Sequence record: KT919973.1
Length of the DNA stretch: 64,000 bases
Reading direction: 5' to 3' (one strand)
A model generated the notes under the pieces. It made no database searches. It had not been told where the DNA came from and worked only from the letters and a program-made list of their open reading frames with translations. Positions 1 to 10,432 of this stretch are shown in pieces. Each line of letters starts with the position of its first letter. Position 1 is the first letter of the stretch. A program made the translations under genes and the position numbers.

Positions 1-2313
1 GACGACCCAGAGCAAGGTCTCGATTATCAAGACGGAAATATGTTCGCGCTAGTCATAGGTGAGTGGGAGCATGACGAGAACGGTAAACGAATCGGTACAT
101 CTGACCCGAATGAGATTCGCGGTGTTTATCGACTAAATCGCACAGCGACATTGAGAGATGGTATCGTTATTGGTTACACTGGCTTGACATGGGAACGTGT
201 ATACGGAAACATTGAAGAAGAACGCGAACTTCTAAACGAACGTTCAGTTATTTCACGTGACAACACTCATTTGATTGTAGGTCACGATCTAACAAAGAAC
301 TACGGTGAAGAAGGCAACCCAGCTTACGACAATCGTCAAGAGTCTAGCGGTGCACCTGGTAATTTCCACTCAACTGCGGGTGATAACTACGGTACAATAG
401 ATGACCCGTATCTAGTTTCAGACAACGATGAAGTTGACGAAGCTGTTCGTATGTTCACTAAACCGTTCTTTACAACATACGTTAAGCCGATGACACAGAT
501 TATCGCGACGAAAGACGGCGATGATTGGTACTACAAGCCGCAAGATTATTACGGATCCGCGCATTTCAACTGGATGCAGCGTGCTGAAACACGTGATTGG
601 AAATCTTGGGCAAATGAAATCATGTACTACAAGAAAGAGTCAATTTTCAGAAGCGAATTTGAAGATCTAGACGAATATAAATGGAAAGAGACATTCGACG
701 AAGGTGAATACAAACTGGAAGCTCCTAATCTATCGATTTTCGGGTTTAATGGTTATGCAGCAGGTGCGATCATTCACAGCGCGAACGACAACAAGGTAAT
801 AGGTTACTACAAGTTTCCATACCGCGTTGATATCACAGCGCCAATTCGCTGGTCGCCTGAGCGTCGTGTAATCACGGCTAGTTTGTCTAATTATTCTCCA
901 GTAATTATCGAGCCGCCTGAAGAAGACCCAACAAGTATGCTCGACCCGACTCTGACACCATTGATTTACAAGATGATGCCAGAGAATTATCTCGATGCAG
1001 ACGGGTTTTACAAGAGTTTTGCAAAGCACTACTTAGATTTCATCAGTAAAGGTGATGGTACGGCTTATAATAACGTGTATAACTTGCTTAACAGCAAAAA
1101 CCCACTTGACGACCATTACACTGAGTATCTACACAAATTAGTATACGAGCGAAATCGTATTCTAGAGCCAGAGAAACGTGATGCAGTTGTTAAATTTTTC
1201 TTGGCACGACGTGCAGATTTTTACAGCACTAAAGGTATTTTAGACTCATACAAGTTCTTGTTCAAGTTACTGTACAACGAAGATGTTGAAGTTGAAATAG
1301 AATCGCTTAACACGTTTGAATATTCAATCGTTGTTAACTCAAATGACGTAACCGATGATGTGGTAGGTCGTAGAATTTATTCAGAGACAGGCAACGCAGA
1401 CGTGACATATGTTGACCGTCATTACATTGAAGGTAAACGTTACTGGAAATTGACTTTGAACAACTTAATCGGTGAGTTGAACATCGGCGACACGTTAGAA
1501 ATCGACGGTCTGGAATTCACTGCAACTGCGATTACTCGCGTACAAGGTGAACGAATCGACTACGATTCAAATGAATTTCTTGATCGAAGCAAATCATACT
1601 ACGTTATGAAGATTCGTTCTGAGATTCAGCTTAGTCAGTACAAAGATGATGTAATTCGATTTGTACACCCAATTGGGTTTGGGTTCTTAGGTATTACGTT
1701 GCTGACAGTATTGATCAATCACGGTATCTCAGTCAACCACCACGAAACGATTGTAGATTCATACAGATTGATTCGCTATGACAACGGTATAGGGAATAAC
1801 TTCACTGAAGAAACTTCATTGCTTGATGGTAACGACGATAGAATTTACAACTCGTTCGGTGAACTTCAATTGAAGCCACACCCGTTAGCACTAGAAGACC
1901 CGCTTGACCATGCGATTCAAGATCGATTGACTAATACACAGGGTATTACAATCATCGACTACAACAACTACTGGGCTAATGATCGTGTGATTGCTTTAGA
2001 TGAGTATTCAGCTATCGACGAGCAACGATATATAGAAACAGACACGGGTGATATCAACGATGAATGGGGCGGTAAGAAACGTGTTCTGAATCCCAATTAC
2101 AACCCAACTGCGAAAGTTCAATCAGCAGACGCAAACGGGTCGGTATATTGGGGAATGACAGCATACGAACGAACTCCTGCATTTATGTTTGACTGGTCAG
2201 CAGCATCGACGAGTATTTCAGATATGTACGAAGATTCTGATTACAGATTGAAAGACAACGTTGGCAACCCATATGACCCAGTAACGCCGACTCAAAAACA
2301 AATAGGTGAATAA
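1..2313 (+). CDS. 7: Baseplate wedge subunit gp7 (5'-truncated; frame open from base 1)
   Basis: Directly upstream of gp8; gp7-type C-terminal motifs FYSTKGILDSYKFLFKLLYNEDVEVEIE and FVHPIGFGF; no stop in frame from base 1. Confidence 0.85.
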   Translation, partial: DDPEQGLDYQDGNMFALVIGEWEHDENGKRIGTSDPNEIRGVYRLNRTATLRDGIVIGYTGLTWERVYGNIEEERELLNERSVISRDNTHLIVGHDLTKNYGEEGNPAYDNRQESSGAPGNFHSTAGDNYGTIDDPYLVSDNDEVDEAVRMFTKPFFTTYVKPMTQIIATKDGDDWYYKPQDYYGSAHFNWMQRAETRDWKSWANEIMYYKKESIFRSEFEDLDEYKWKETFDEGEYKLEAPNLSIFGFNGYAAGAIIHSANDNKVIGYYKFPYRVDITAPIRWSPERRVITASLSNYSPVIIEPPEEDPTSMLDPTLTPLIYKMMPENYLDADGFYKSFAKHYLDFISKGDGTAYNNVYNLLNSKNPLDDHYTEYLHKLVYERNRILEPEKRDAVVKFFLARRADFYSTKGILDSYKFLFKLLYNEDVEVEIESLNTFEYSIVVNSNDVTDDVVGRRIYSETGNADVTYVDRHYIEGKRYWKLTLNNLIGELNIGDTLEIDGLEFTATAITRVQGERIDYDSNEFLDRSKSYYVMKIRSEIQLSQYKDDVIRFVHPIGFGFLGITLLTVLINHGISVNHHETIVDSYRLIRYDNGIGNNFTEETSLLDGNDDRIYNSFGELQLKPHPLALEDPLDHAIQDRLTNTQGITIIDYNNYWANDRVIALDEYSAIDEQRYIETDTGDINDEWGGKKRVLNPNYNPTAKVQSADANGSVYWGMTAYERTPAFMFDWSAASTSISDMYEDSDYRLKDNVGNPYDPVTPTQKQIGE

Positions 2314-3337
2314 AGTGGCAAAAATTTACAGATCAACAATCACAACAGAGTATCGAGTTAATAACTTGATGAACTTCTACGAAAACGTAGGTGATGACGA
2401 CGACAAGAACACAATTTACCTTATGTTCGGTCGTAACGAGCCTTGGTCAGACCGCGAAGATGAAATAAACTTCGCGCCACCTTACCCAAACGATAGCCCA
2501 GATGGGAAAGCAGACGTTTGGGCGCGTGCGCTAGGTCTGATTAAGATTCCAAAATCACAGCTTCGCCCTGTTATTCCTCGTAAGGACTGGGGCGACCCTG
2601 ACCTAAACGATTCACTTCGTTTCACATTTGGCGATATCGTGACAGTTAATACGATGTCAATCAACAGTCACCCGAGCGCATTGAACGGCTATATGGTTTA
2701 TCGATGTGTCGATATTCCAGAGACTGACCCGAATAACACAAACATTCGTGGTACATGTTCAATATCAACAGTCACAAATAAAAATGATTGTGTAGCAGTT
2801 GGGGGTGAATGGAATGCACCGTCGTCACCCGGTAACCAAGAGAATATCCCTCATGGTACAGGGAATGCGATTGAAACAGGTGACGGTTACGTATGGGAAT
2901 ATCTATACACTATCCCGCCAAATGAAGTCTTAACGAACGTGACAAAAGAATACATCGTTTGTCCGTTCCCTAACGACATCATCGAAAATCGAGTTGCGTG
3001 GGGTCTTGATCAGAATATCGTATTCAACGAGAACTACGACGAAACTATTTTCAACGTAGGTGCAGTTCAGTTACGATTCCGAGCTAAATTAGCAGGCTCT
3101 GACTTTATTCACTTATTCGGTCCCGGGAATAACGGGTATCGTCAGATTTCACTTGTTCAGAACCCATTATTGATTCGTCAAGAAGGTGATACCGAAGACA
3201 CGAAAGCGACTGAAGTTAGATACGACCCGCATGAGATACAAGCAGGAACAGGTCAAATTATCTACATGGAAAACCGTCAGCCGATTCGTAAAACATTAGA
3301 CCAGGTAGAAGAATTCAATCTGATCTACAACTTCTAA
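2306..3337 (+). CDS. 8: Baseplate wedge subunit gp8
   Basis: 343 aa, GTG start overlapping gp7; T4 gp8 motifs IYLMFGRNEPW, PRKDWGD, GDGYVWEYLYTIPP, GYRQISL, IYMENRQPI. Confidence 0.9.
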   Translation: MNKVAKIYRSTITTEYRVNNLMNFYENVGDDDDKNTIYLMFGRNEPWSDREDEINFAPPYPNDSPDGKADVWARALGLIKIPKSQLRPVIPRKDWGDPDLNDSLRFTFGDIVTVNTMSINSHPSALNGYMVYRCVDIPETDPNNTNIRGTCSISTVTNKNDCVAVGGEWNAPSSPGNQENIPHGTGNAIETGDGYVWEYLYTIPPNEVLTNVTKEYIVCPFPNDIIENRVAWGLDQNIVFNENYDETIFNVGAVQLRFRAKLAGSDFIHLFGPGNNGYRQISLVQNPLLIRQEGDTEDTKATEVRYDPHEIQAGTGQIIYMENRQPIRKTLDQVEEFNLIYNF

Positions 3338-3358
3338 TAAATACAGTAAATAACTCAT

Positions 3359-3376
3359 AAGGCGCATATGCGCCTT
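3359..3376. other. Perfect 18-bp palindrome / hairpin between gp8 and gp9
   Basis: AAGGCGCATATGCGCCTT is its own reverse complement; followed by TCTT; AATAAATA (late-promoter-like) lies just upstream at 3336-3343. Confidence 0.5.
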
Positions 3377-3390
3377 TCTTGGAGAAAGAA

Positions 3391-4347
3391 ATGGGACGTA
3401 ATAGATTAGAAACTGGTACGGCGGGTTCGGTCGGTACTGGTGATACAATTCACAATGGTGGTAATAAGCTGCGTGATAACTCAGATGAGTTTTACCATAT
3501 TAATGCAGACTTTGAGCTAACCGATGCAGGTGAAAACTATATCCCTGCATATAATGACATCGCACCTAGACCTCATGCAGGTGGTTATTGGCAGAGAATT
3601 CCACCGAGTTCTACTGCGGGCGGTTCGGGTGGTCCGAACAATACAAACTTACTGACATCAATCGTAACAGGTGGTAAATATGACATCGACACGTCATCAT
3701 TAGGCGGCGGTGCATCGATGACGTTGAATTTACCGAAGATTGGCACGACAGCAGGGATGGCAAAACGCGGTGAGCGAATAGAGTTTCAGAACACAACAGC
3801 AACATTAGATACAAACCCGATTGTACTAGCACCATCATCAGGAGACGCTATTGTAGGTGCCCCAGAACTTAACGGAACTCAAATTGTTCGTACAAATCGA
3901 TGTCATATCATCTGCACTGTCATTGACGATGGTACGGGATTAGCAGGAACGCCGCAGTGGGGTGTCAAAATCAACCCGATTGCAGGTGACTTCGGTGCGC
4001 CAGTTAATGACACGATTTACTCAATTCCAGACACGGTGACAGTTACAATGCCGCTATTCGATATTCAATCGTATGCAGCATGTAAATTGATGGTTTATGC
4101 AGAGAATAGCGACCCTCTACAGGGTGGTGCTGTTACTCGACGCATGTCATCGGAATTGTTGCTGCTAAATAACATAACAGACGTTTATATTGATGAATAT
4201 TCAGTAATCAATACAGACAAAGATTTTGGTAACTTGATTCTGATTGAACCGCGAGTTGACGCTGGCAACATCGTTCTTGATATTACATCAAACGACGACA
4301 ATGTTTCAATTGCTATCAAATCTATCGAAACAATCAGACTATCGTAA
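3391..4347 (+). CDS. 9: Baseplate wedge tail-fibre connector gp9
   Basis: ATG 3391 with GGAG SD; N-terminal GxxGxxGTGDTIHNGGNKLRDN motif of gp9/gp10; synteny. Confidence 0.8.
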   Translation: MGRNRLETGTAGSVGTGDTIHNGGNKLRDNSDEFYHINADFELTDAGENYIPAYNDIAPRPHAGGYWQRIPPSSTAGGSGGPNNTNLLTSIVTGGKYDIDTSSLGGGASMTLNLPKIGTTAGMAKRGERIEFQNTTATLDTNPIVLAPSSGDAIVGAPELNGTQIVRTNRCHIICTVIDDGTGLAGTPQWGVKINPIAGDFGAPVNDTIYSIPDTVTVTMPLFDIQSYAACKLMVYAENSDPLQGGAVTRRMSSELLLLNNITDVYIDEYSVINTDKDFGNLILIEPRVDAGNIVLDITSNDDNVSIAIKSIETIRLS

Positions 4348-4356
4348 GGGACAATA

Positions 4357-6603
4357 ATGAAACAGACGATCAACGTCGGACAAATTGTTGATGACGGTAC
4401 TGGTGATTACCTAAGAGTAGGTGGCATTAAGACCCGTGACAACTTCGACGAAATATACAGTCAATTAGGCGACGGTAGCAGATTATATGCTGCCGGTGCT
4501 TGGCGCAATTGGAAATTTGCATCTACATATCTAAACGGTGATACATCGTACAACCCTGCTAACGCTGAACTGTATTTCGACGAGAACGGCGATGGTCAGG
4601 GACCTGAATTGCGCGTAAGCTTTGGTGAATCATGGACTATCGATACGTCACTGGGTCCAGTTGATGTATATCTACCTAGTGGTGTTGAAGAAGCAGACTA
4701 CGGTAAAGCGATTCGTTTACGTGACGTTAAAGGCACATGGTCTAAGCAGCTTGTAACAGTATACCCAGACCCTAAAGACTCGATAAAACGTGTCGCAGGT
4801 TCAACTCAAAACGACTTAGGTTCTGGCGCGGAATTCGGGAATGCATATCAAGATCTTGAGCTTGTATTCACCCCACCACGTCATTGGGAATATGTTGCAC
4901 AGAAATACGTAAACGGTTTGACATTCGGTGACATCCCTAGTGTTCTACGTCGAGCAATCATCGCACGACAAGATCAGCGTGACTTCAACGTATCACTTGA
5001 ATTAAATGGCGGGTTATACAATCAAGCTGCGGTAGAAGTGTATCGTCGTGGTAACTTGTTATACTTCGGTGACGAACTTAGCGACTTCAGCGACTATGGT
5101 TCAATCCCGCTTCACACTGTTGAAGCATGGGTATCAAACAACCCAGAAACATATCACGTTGGTGATTTAGTACGAGGTGACGCTGTTACAGGTCGTGATG
5201 ACCGCATCTGGCAATGTCTAGAAGAACACAACAGTATCGGCGCATGGGAAGAGTCTAAATGGGCTGAATTCGCAGATTTCCCAGAGTATGTAGACCACGC
5301 GGGTAGTACTGCATATGCAGTTGGTGATATCGTAACTCAAGACCACAATGGTTACTCTCAGACATTTGAATGTTTGATTTCACATACATCAGCATCGGGA
5401 TATACAGATCTAACGGCTGATTCTCGTTGGAGACAGTTGACAAACGATGATCTAGCTCCGCTTGACGGTAGAACGATTCGTTTGCGTTTGCCTGCAAATG
5501 ACGCTGACCCAATTGCGTTTATCACATACTTGAGTGACGTGTCGAGCTTCCGTAGTAGCTACGTTTTAAAATCAATTAAAGTAATTGACCAAAACAACTA
5601 CGCAGTAGACGAATCACCGGGACAAATCGTACGTAAAGATTTCGTACCTGACATGCAAATCACGTTGAGTGATTTCGGTCTTCCAGATTATACGCAGTTT
5701 AACACTGAAACACTAGAAGTATTAGTCAATGGTTCTCAGTTAACCAAGTCGAATACAGCAGGTAACGGTGATAGTCTAGCGGGCGGTGAGTATGATTACG
5801 ATTATATTCAAGACTCGGAAGGTCGTTGGAATACGATTGTTTTCGCTGACCCGTTAATCGATAGCGACATTGTAACAGTTCGTTGGTATGACAACGTGAT
5901 AGGTACATTGCTTACGTGGGATGACGGCGACGATAACTTGCAACAAAGAACCCGTGAGATTTTCGTTTCACGTGACGACTGGGCAGACGTACGACGCTCA
6001 AACAAGATCATGTACACCGACCCGCAAAACCCATCAGCGGCAGTAACTGAAGTTCTGCCAGACCCTGAGACGTTTGCACCGGGCGGTACGCTGACATCAC
6101 TGTTTGAAAGTATCTTCCCTATTGGTTCGGTATACACAAATGCAAACAACCCGAATAACCCAGCCGATTATATGGGCTTTGGTACATGGGTTCGATATGC
6201 AGAAGGGCGTACTGTCGTGGGTTGGAACCCAAATGACGACGGTAAGTTCCATCGAAACAATAACAATGAAAATATCGTTCAAGCAGGTGGTACGGGTGGT
6301 TCGATTGGTGTGACTCTTACTCAAGAGAATATCCCTGAGCTAATCAGTACAACAAACCCAGATTACGCGAATGATTCTTCACGTGATATTAACAACATCA
6401 CAGAACAATACAGTTTAGTTGCACGTTCAGCTACTTCAGGCGGTGACATTAACTTGAATGGTTGTTTAGGCGACCCTGAAAACACTACGCCACTAGCTTA
6501 CTACAAAGAAGAGCCAATCAAGGTCAATCATGGTCAGGTGGCTCAGGCGGTTGACGTAACTCAGCCATATATCACTGCATACACTTGGATAAGGACTGCA
6601 TAA
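4357..6603 (+). CDS. 10: Baseplate wedge subunit / tail pin gp10, with two inserted CBM5/12-like modules
   Basis: MKQTINVGQIVDDGTGDYLRVGG N-terminus, FPIGSVY..NPADYMGFGTW.RYAEGR and QPYITAYTWIRTA C-terminus; 748 aa. Confidence 0.88.
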   Translation: MKQTINVGQIVDDGTGDYLRVGGIKTRDNFDEIYSQLGDGSRLYAAGAWRNWKFASTYLNGDTSYNPANAELYFDENGDGQGPELRVSFGESWTIDTSLGPVDVYLPSGVEEADYGKAIRLRDVKGTWSKQLVTVYPDPKDSIKRVAGSTQNDLGSGAEFGNAYQDLELVFTPPRHWEYVAQKYVNGLTFGDIPSVLRRAIIARQDQRDFNVSLELNGGLYNQAAVEVYRRGNLLYFGDELSDFSDYGSIPLHTVEAWVSNNPETYHVGDLVRGDAVTGRDDRIWQCLEEHNSIGAWEESKWAEFADFPEYVDHAGSTAYAVGDIVTQDHNGYSQTFECLISHTSASGYTDLTADSRWRQLTNDDLAPLDGRTIRLRLPANDADPIAFITYLSDVSSFRSSYVLKSIKVIDQNNYAVDESPGQIVRKDFVPDMQITLSDFGLPDYTQFNTETLEVLVNGSQLTKSNTAGNGDSLAGGEYDYDYIQDSEGRWNTIVFADPLIDSDIVTVRWYDNVIGTLLTWDDGDDNLQQRTREIFVSRDDWADVRRSNKIMYTDPQNPSAAVTEVLPDPETFAPGGTLTSLFESIFPIGSVYTNANNPNNPADYMGFGTWVRYAEGRTVVGWNPNDDGKFHRNNNNENIVQAGGTGGSIGVTLTQENIPELISTTNPDYANDSSRDINNITEQYSLVARSATSGGDINLNGCLGDPENTTPLAYYKEEPIKVNHGQVAQAVDVTQPYITAYTWIRTA

Positions 6604-7289
6604 TGACGACTAAAGCAAGACATGCGTCACAAGTGTGGAGTAATGACTCACGCATGAAAGTTTTCGATCAAGATGCGATTAGCGACTCGGGATTATTCCC
6701 GGGTGATCGCTTCAATTTCCGCGGTGCGGTATTGGGCGATTCGACAATCGATGAGATTCAAGACGGTGCGTGGGACCCAAACGTGCAAGCTGCGATTATG
6801 CAGCTTGCTATGGCAGCAATTATGCCAGTAGGGACAATCATTGCTTCAACTGACGCTTCGAACCCATTCAACACAAACCAATTTAATGAAACGATTACTT
6901 ACAATGGTACATCGGGAGTTGAATACATAACGCTATACGGTGTTCCTGTTCAACTAGAAGTAGGCGATTCTGATAACGATATTGCAGAGAAAGTGTTCAC
7001 TGCGTTACTAGAATCAGATCTGTTTGACATGGTTCCGACAGATCATGTACCACCATCAAATACGTTTCTTTTGAAGCACCGAAGCTCAAGACCGCACAAT
7101 ACAGCGTACACAGCGACGTTTGCAGACATTCTAGACCCTTTAGGGGCACCAACAGGGATTCAAGCGAAAAGCGTTGTCACGGGTACATCAGACGGTCAGA
7201 CGAGTCTTGGTTACGGCGAGTGGGAATTGTATCACACTGATTTAACCACATTCACAGACCCTGTGTATTATTACAGAAGGATTGCATAA
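6603..7289 (+). CDS. 11: Baseplate wedge subunit / tail pin gp11
   Basis: ATG overlaps the gp10 stop (TAATG); MPVGTIIAS motif; sits between gp10 and gp12. Confidence 0.7.
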   Translation: MTTKARHASQVWSNDSRMKVFDQDAISDSGLFPGDRFNFRGAVLGDSTIDEIQDGAWDPNVQAAIMQLAMAAIMPVGTIIASTDASNPFNTNQFNETITYNGTSGVEYITLYGVPVQLEVGDSDNDIAEKVFTALLESDLFDMVPTDHVPPSNTFLLKHRSSRPHNTAYTATFADILDPLGAPTGIQAKSVVTGTSDGQTSLGYGEWELYHTDLTTFTDPVYYYRRIA

Positions 7290-8827
7290 TGTCAGGAACA
7301 AACATATTCACGCACGCTAGTGATGCAGCGCAATATGTTTACCTACAGCCCTTCACATCGCCTGGTTCAGCGTTTGAGTCAGGCGGTGATGTGCAGAGTA
7401 TAATGGAGCTATTTGACGATAGCGCATTAGCACCACTTCCGTCACTTCCGTATGCGACAACGACTGAGGTTGGTATTGTTGAGTACGCAACTCAAGCAGA
7501 AGCTAATGCACTTGACGACTTATTAACTGTAATCACCCCAGCGTCACTAGACGGGGTTGATCAGTTCGTGTCGCCAGCAACCAGTACTCAGTTAGGTAAT
7601 CTACAAGAATTGCGTAATACTGATTTGACAAGAACATATTCGTCATCAGATGCAAGTCGTTTGCTGTCATATCGCCGTCTAAATGAAATGATGACGACTC
7701 GTAATGCACTAGCAGATGACACAACAAACGAATCACAAGGTTTTGCTGAGTTTGCAAATCTAAGCGAAACTTTAGCATATAACCCTGATCGATTCATTTC
7801 TCCACTTAGAACGTGGAACTTAATTAAAGCAGAGATACCAAACCCTTGGGCTCAAGCGACAGAAACATACACGGGTGTGCTTCGTACTGTAGCAGAACGA
7901 GACGGGTATAAATCAGACGGTTCGATTGCAATTACAGTTAAAGGTCTTAATTACGTTAAAGCGACGACATCTAAGCGTGGTGCATTCAAATTAACACAGA
8001 ACAACTATGACCGCAATGCAAGCGATTCAGATGAATATGCTATAACTCCCGGTACAATCGACAATCTAATAGCGACACCGACTAAACACGGGTTCTTTGA
8101 ACTACCAAGCTCGTATGTAAACGACTCAACAAAAGCAACAAGTGCTGCACTTGGCGTTGATTTGAATACACTATTAGGCCCAGACGGTGGGACAATTACG
8201 GGTGTTTTGAAATGTGACAACATTTACACAAACATCATTTCTCGTCAAAAGCAGAGCAGTTATGGCGGAACATATTACACAACTGTTCAAGAGCAGAGGG
8301 AAATGTTCCCGAACAATCAATTAGACGCGAAGATCGGTCTTGAAGGGCGCCCTGTTGGTAGTATTTTTCACTGTACTTCATCAGTTGACCCGAATGAGAT
8401 TTTCGGTGGCGTATGGTATAAGATGAGAGCAGGTCGAACTATGATGGGGCAGGGTATCGGTGATGATGGGTTCACTCGCAGATATTACGCAGCGGGTTCG
8501 TTCAGTGACATCGACCGTGTTCAGTTATACGAGAGTAATTTACCACAACACCAACATGCAGGTTGGGGTGAAGCATATACAGGCTCACGCGAGGGGTGTA
8601 TTCGCTACGAAACGCATCGAAGTCCGTATGGTGTAACGTATACTTGTGATGAATATAATACTGTCAGTTACTGGAGATTCGGTATAACAGGTTCGCGTAA
8701 TAATCCCGGTTCGAAATCTACTGATCGTGATAATTACATGTATTACAACGAAGCAGTTGGTGGTAATGAGCCGCATGAGAATATGATGCCATACTACCCA
8801 GTTTACATTTGGAGACGAGTTAAATGA
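7289..8827 (+). CDS. 12: Short tail fibre gp12-like, paralogue A
   Basis: ATTTEVGIVEYATQAE-type shaft repeats; PVGSIF collar motif; QHQH metal motif; PHENMMPYYPVYIWRR end. Confidence 0.7.
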   Translation: MSGTNIFTHASDAAQYVYLQPFTSPGSAFESGGDVQSIMELFDDSALAPLPSLPYATTTEVGIVEYATQAEANALDDLLTVITPASLDGVDQFVSPATSTQLGNLQELRNTDLTRTYSSSDASRLLSYRRLNEMMTTRNALADDTTNESQGFAEFANLSETLAYNPDRFISPLRTWNLIKAEIPNPWAQATETYTGVLRTVAERDGYKSDGSIAITVKGLNYVKATTSKRGAFKLTQNNYDRNASDSDEYAITPGTIDNLIATPTKHGFFELPSSYVNDSTKATSAALGVDLNTLLGPDGGTITGVLKCDNIYTNIISRQKQSSYGGTYYTTVQEQREMFPNNQLDAKIGLEGRPVGSIFHCTSSVDPNEIFGGVWYKMRAGRTMMGQGIGDDGFTRRYYAAGSFSDIDRVQLYESNLPQHQHAGWGEAYTGSREGCIRYETHRSPYGVTYTCDEYNTVSYWRFGITGSRNNPGSKSTDRDNYMYYNEAVGGNEPHENMMPYYPVYIWRRVK

Positions 8828-10251
8828 GTAAAGGAACTCAAATTTTCAATCACGTGATTGACGATGCGGGTACGGTTACAGTTGAAGTCGAAGGTACTTC
8901 CTTTGATGGTCTTACTGGGGGTAATAACGATCTCCAAACGTGTCTTGAGCTTGTACAAGCTCATGCACTTCAACCATTACCCGATTACCCTATAGCATCA
9001 ACATCTGTCGCGGGTATTACATTGTTAAGTGATAATGCAGCAGTCGCAGATGAGCTTAATAACACAAGCGCGGTGACACCATCTGCATTGAATTATTGGA
9101 TGGAAAATCACGCGACTGCAACAGAACTTCAATACGGCTTCGTGAAGCTAATCACAAACAGCACGATTGATAATATTGACCCGACAGCCGCAGTAGAAGA
9201 AGCTCAGAAGCACGCATTCACGCTTAAAACATTGAACTATGCGTTGAATACTCGTTTCTATGCAACCGAATCTGCACCTGGTGCAGTGCGTCTAGCGACA
9301 TATGCACAAGCAACGACGACTGGTACATTATCTGATAGTGTAGCGATGACTCCTCAGAGAGTTAAAGAAATGCTTGACGTGTGGGCGAATACTACAGCAT
9401 CAGATGCCACAGAAACGACGAAAGGGTTGATTCGATTAGCAAACGGAACTGAAGTAAACAGCACATCAGTATCAGAAAACAATTTAGCGATTTCACCGTA
9501 TCGATTCAATGAACGTACAGCAACAACTACTAGAAAGGCAGGGTTCTATCTACCGAACTCAACAGTTGCAAATGCGCGTACATCTAACGATCATGCAGTT
9601 ACAGTCGGTACATTAGATTTATTCACTGCGACTAGCTCACGTGTCGGTGTTGCGAAACTTGCAAACAATCTAACAACAAACGACGCGACTCAAGCACTAA
9701 GTGCTGCAATGGGTTATAAGTTGAATAATGAAAAGATTGGGGTTTCAGGCGGGACAGTAACTGGTACATTGAAAATTGACGATGTTCAATCTGTAAGTGG
9801 TACTCAGTTAATGACGAATGGTCTGATTGAATCATCAGCCATGTTGAATATGTACCCTGTTGGTGCTATTTACATGTCACTTGAATCTACATCACCAGCT
9901 ACGCTATTCGGCGGGACATGGTCTAGAATTGCAGAAGGTCGTGTGCTTGTATCTGAAGGTACACATGGTGGTAGAACATTCAACGTCGGTCAAACAGGCG
10001 GCGAATACGAAGTTATCTTAACTGAAGAAACAATGCCAACTCACAAACACGCAGGTTGGGGTGATCGTTGGACTTACGGTGGGAACGGACTAGGGTTCGG
10101 AATTGCATACGAATATGGTAGAAGCAACCCGGGTTCAGGTCGCACTGATAACGACAACTACTTGTATTACTCATCACCAGAAGGTGGTGGTCAACCACAT
10201 AATAACGTACAGCCGTACTATACTGTTTACATGTGGGAAAGAACTGCATAA
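8824..10251 (+). CDS. 12: Short tail fibre gp12-like, paralogue B
   Basis: gp12-like N-terminus (HVIDDAGTV), A(T/S)ExxxG repeats, YPVGAIY collar, THKH motif, PHNNVQPYYTVYMWERTA end. Confidence 0.72.
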   Translation: MSKGTQIFNHVIDDAGTVTVEVEGTSFDGLTGGNNDLQTCLELVQAHALQPLPDYPIASTSVAGITLLSDNAAVADELNNTSAVTPSALNYWMENHATATELQYGFVKLITNSTIDNIDPTAAVEEAQKHAFTLKTLNYALNTRFYATESAPGAVRLATYAQATTTGTLSDSVAMTPQRVKEMLDVWANTTASDATETTKGLIRLANGTEVNSTSVSENNLAISPYRFNERTATTTRKAGFYLPNSTVANARTSNDHAVTVGTLDLFTATSSRVGVAKLANNLTTNDATQALSAAMGYKLNNEKIGVSGGTVTGTLKIDDVQSVSGTQLMTNGLIESSAMLNMYPVGAIYMSLESTSPATLFGGTWSRIAEGRVLVSEGTHGGRTFNVGQTGGEYEVILTEETMPTHKHAGWGDRWTYGGNGLGFGIAYEYGRSNPGSGRTDNDNYLYYSSPEGGGQPHNNVQPYYTVYMWERTA

Positions 10252-10291
10252 AGACAAGCATATTATAGCTTGAAAGTCAATACTAATAAAC

Positions 10292-10320
10292 GGGTGAGAT
10301 TGATTTCTCACCCTTTTTTT
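10292..10320 (+). terminator. Rho-independent terminator after the gp12 paralogues
   Basis: GGGTGAGA-6nt-TCTCACCC stem followed by T7. Confidence 0.8.
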
Positions 10321-10345
10321 ACATTAGCGCAGCGAAGAAAATGGC

Positions 10346-10396
10346 AAGAGGCGGAAAAATTCCGTCTCATCTTAGTAGTATTAGTGGTTTTAGTGA
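10346..10396 (+). repeat. Dispersed intergenic repeat, copy 1 (51 bp identical to reverse complement of 36920-36970)
   Basis: AAGAGGCGGAAAAATTCCGTCTCATCTTAGTAGTATTAGTGGTTTTAGTGA; base-by-base match; weaker similarity continues on both flanks. Confidence 0.95.
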
Positions 10397-10432
10397 AGTT
10401 AGGGATATTAGTATGATTAGTATTAAATACGT

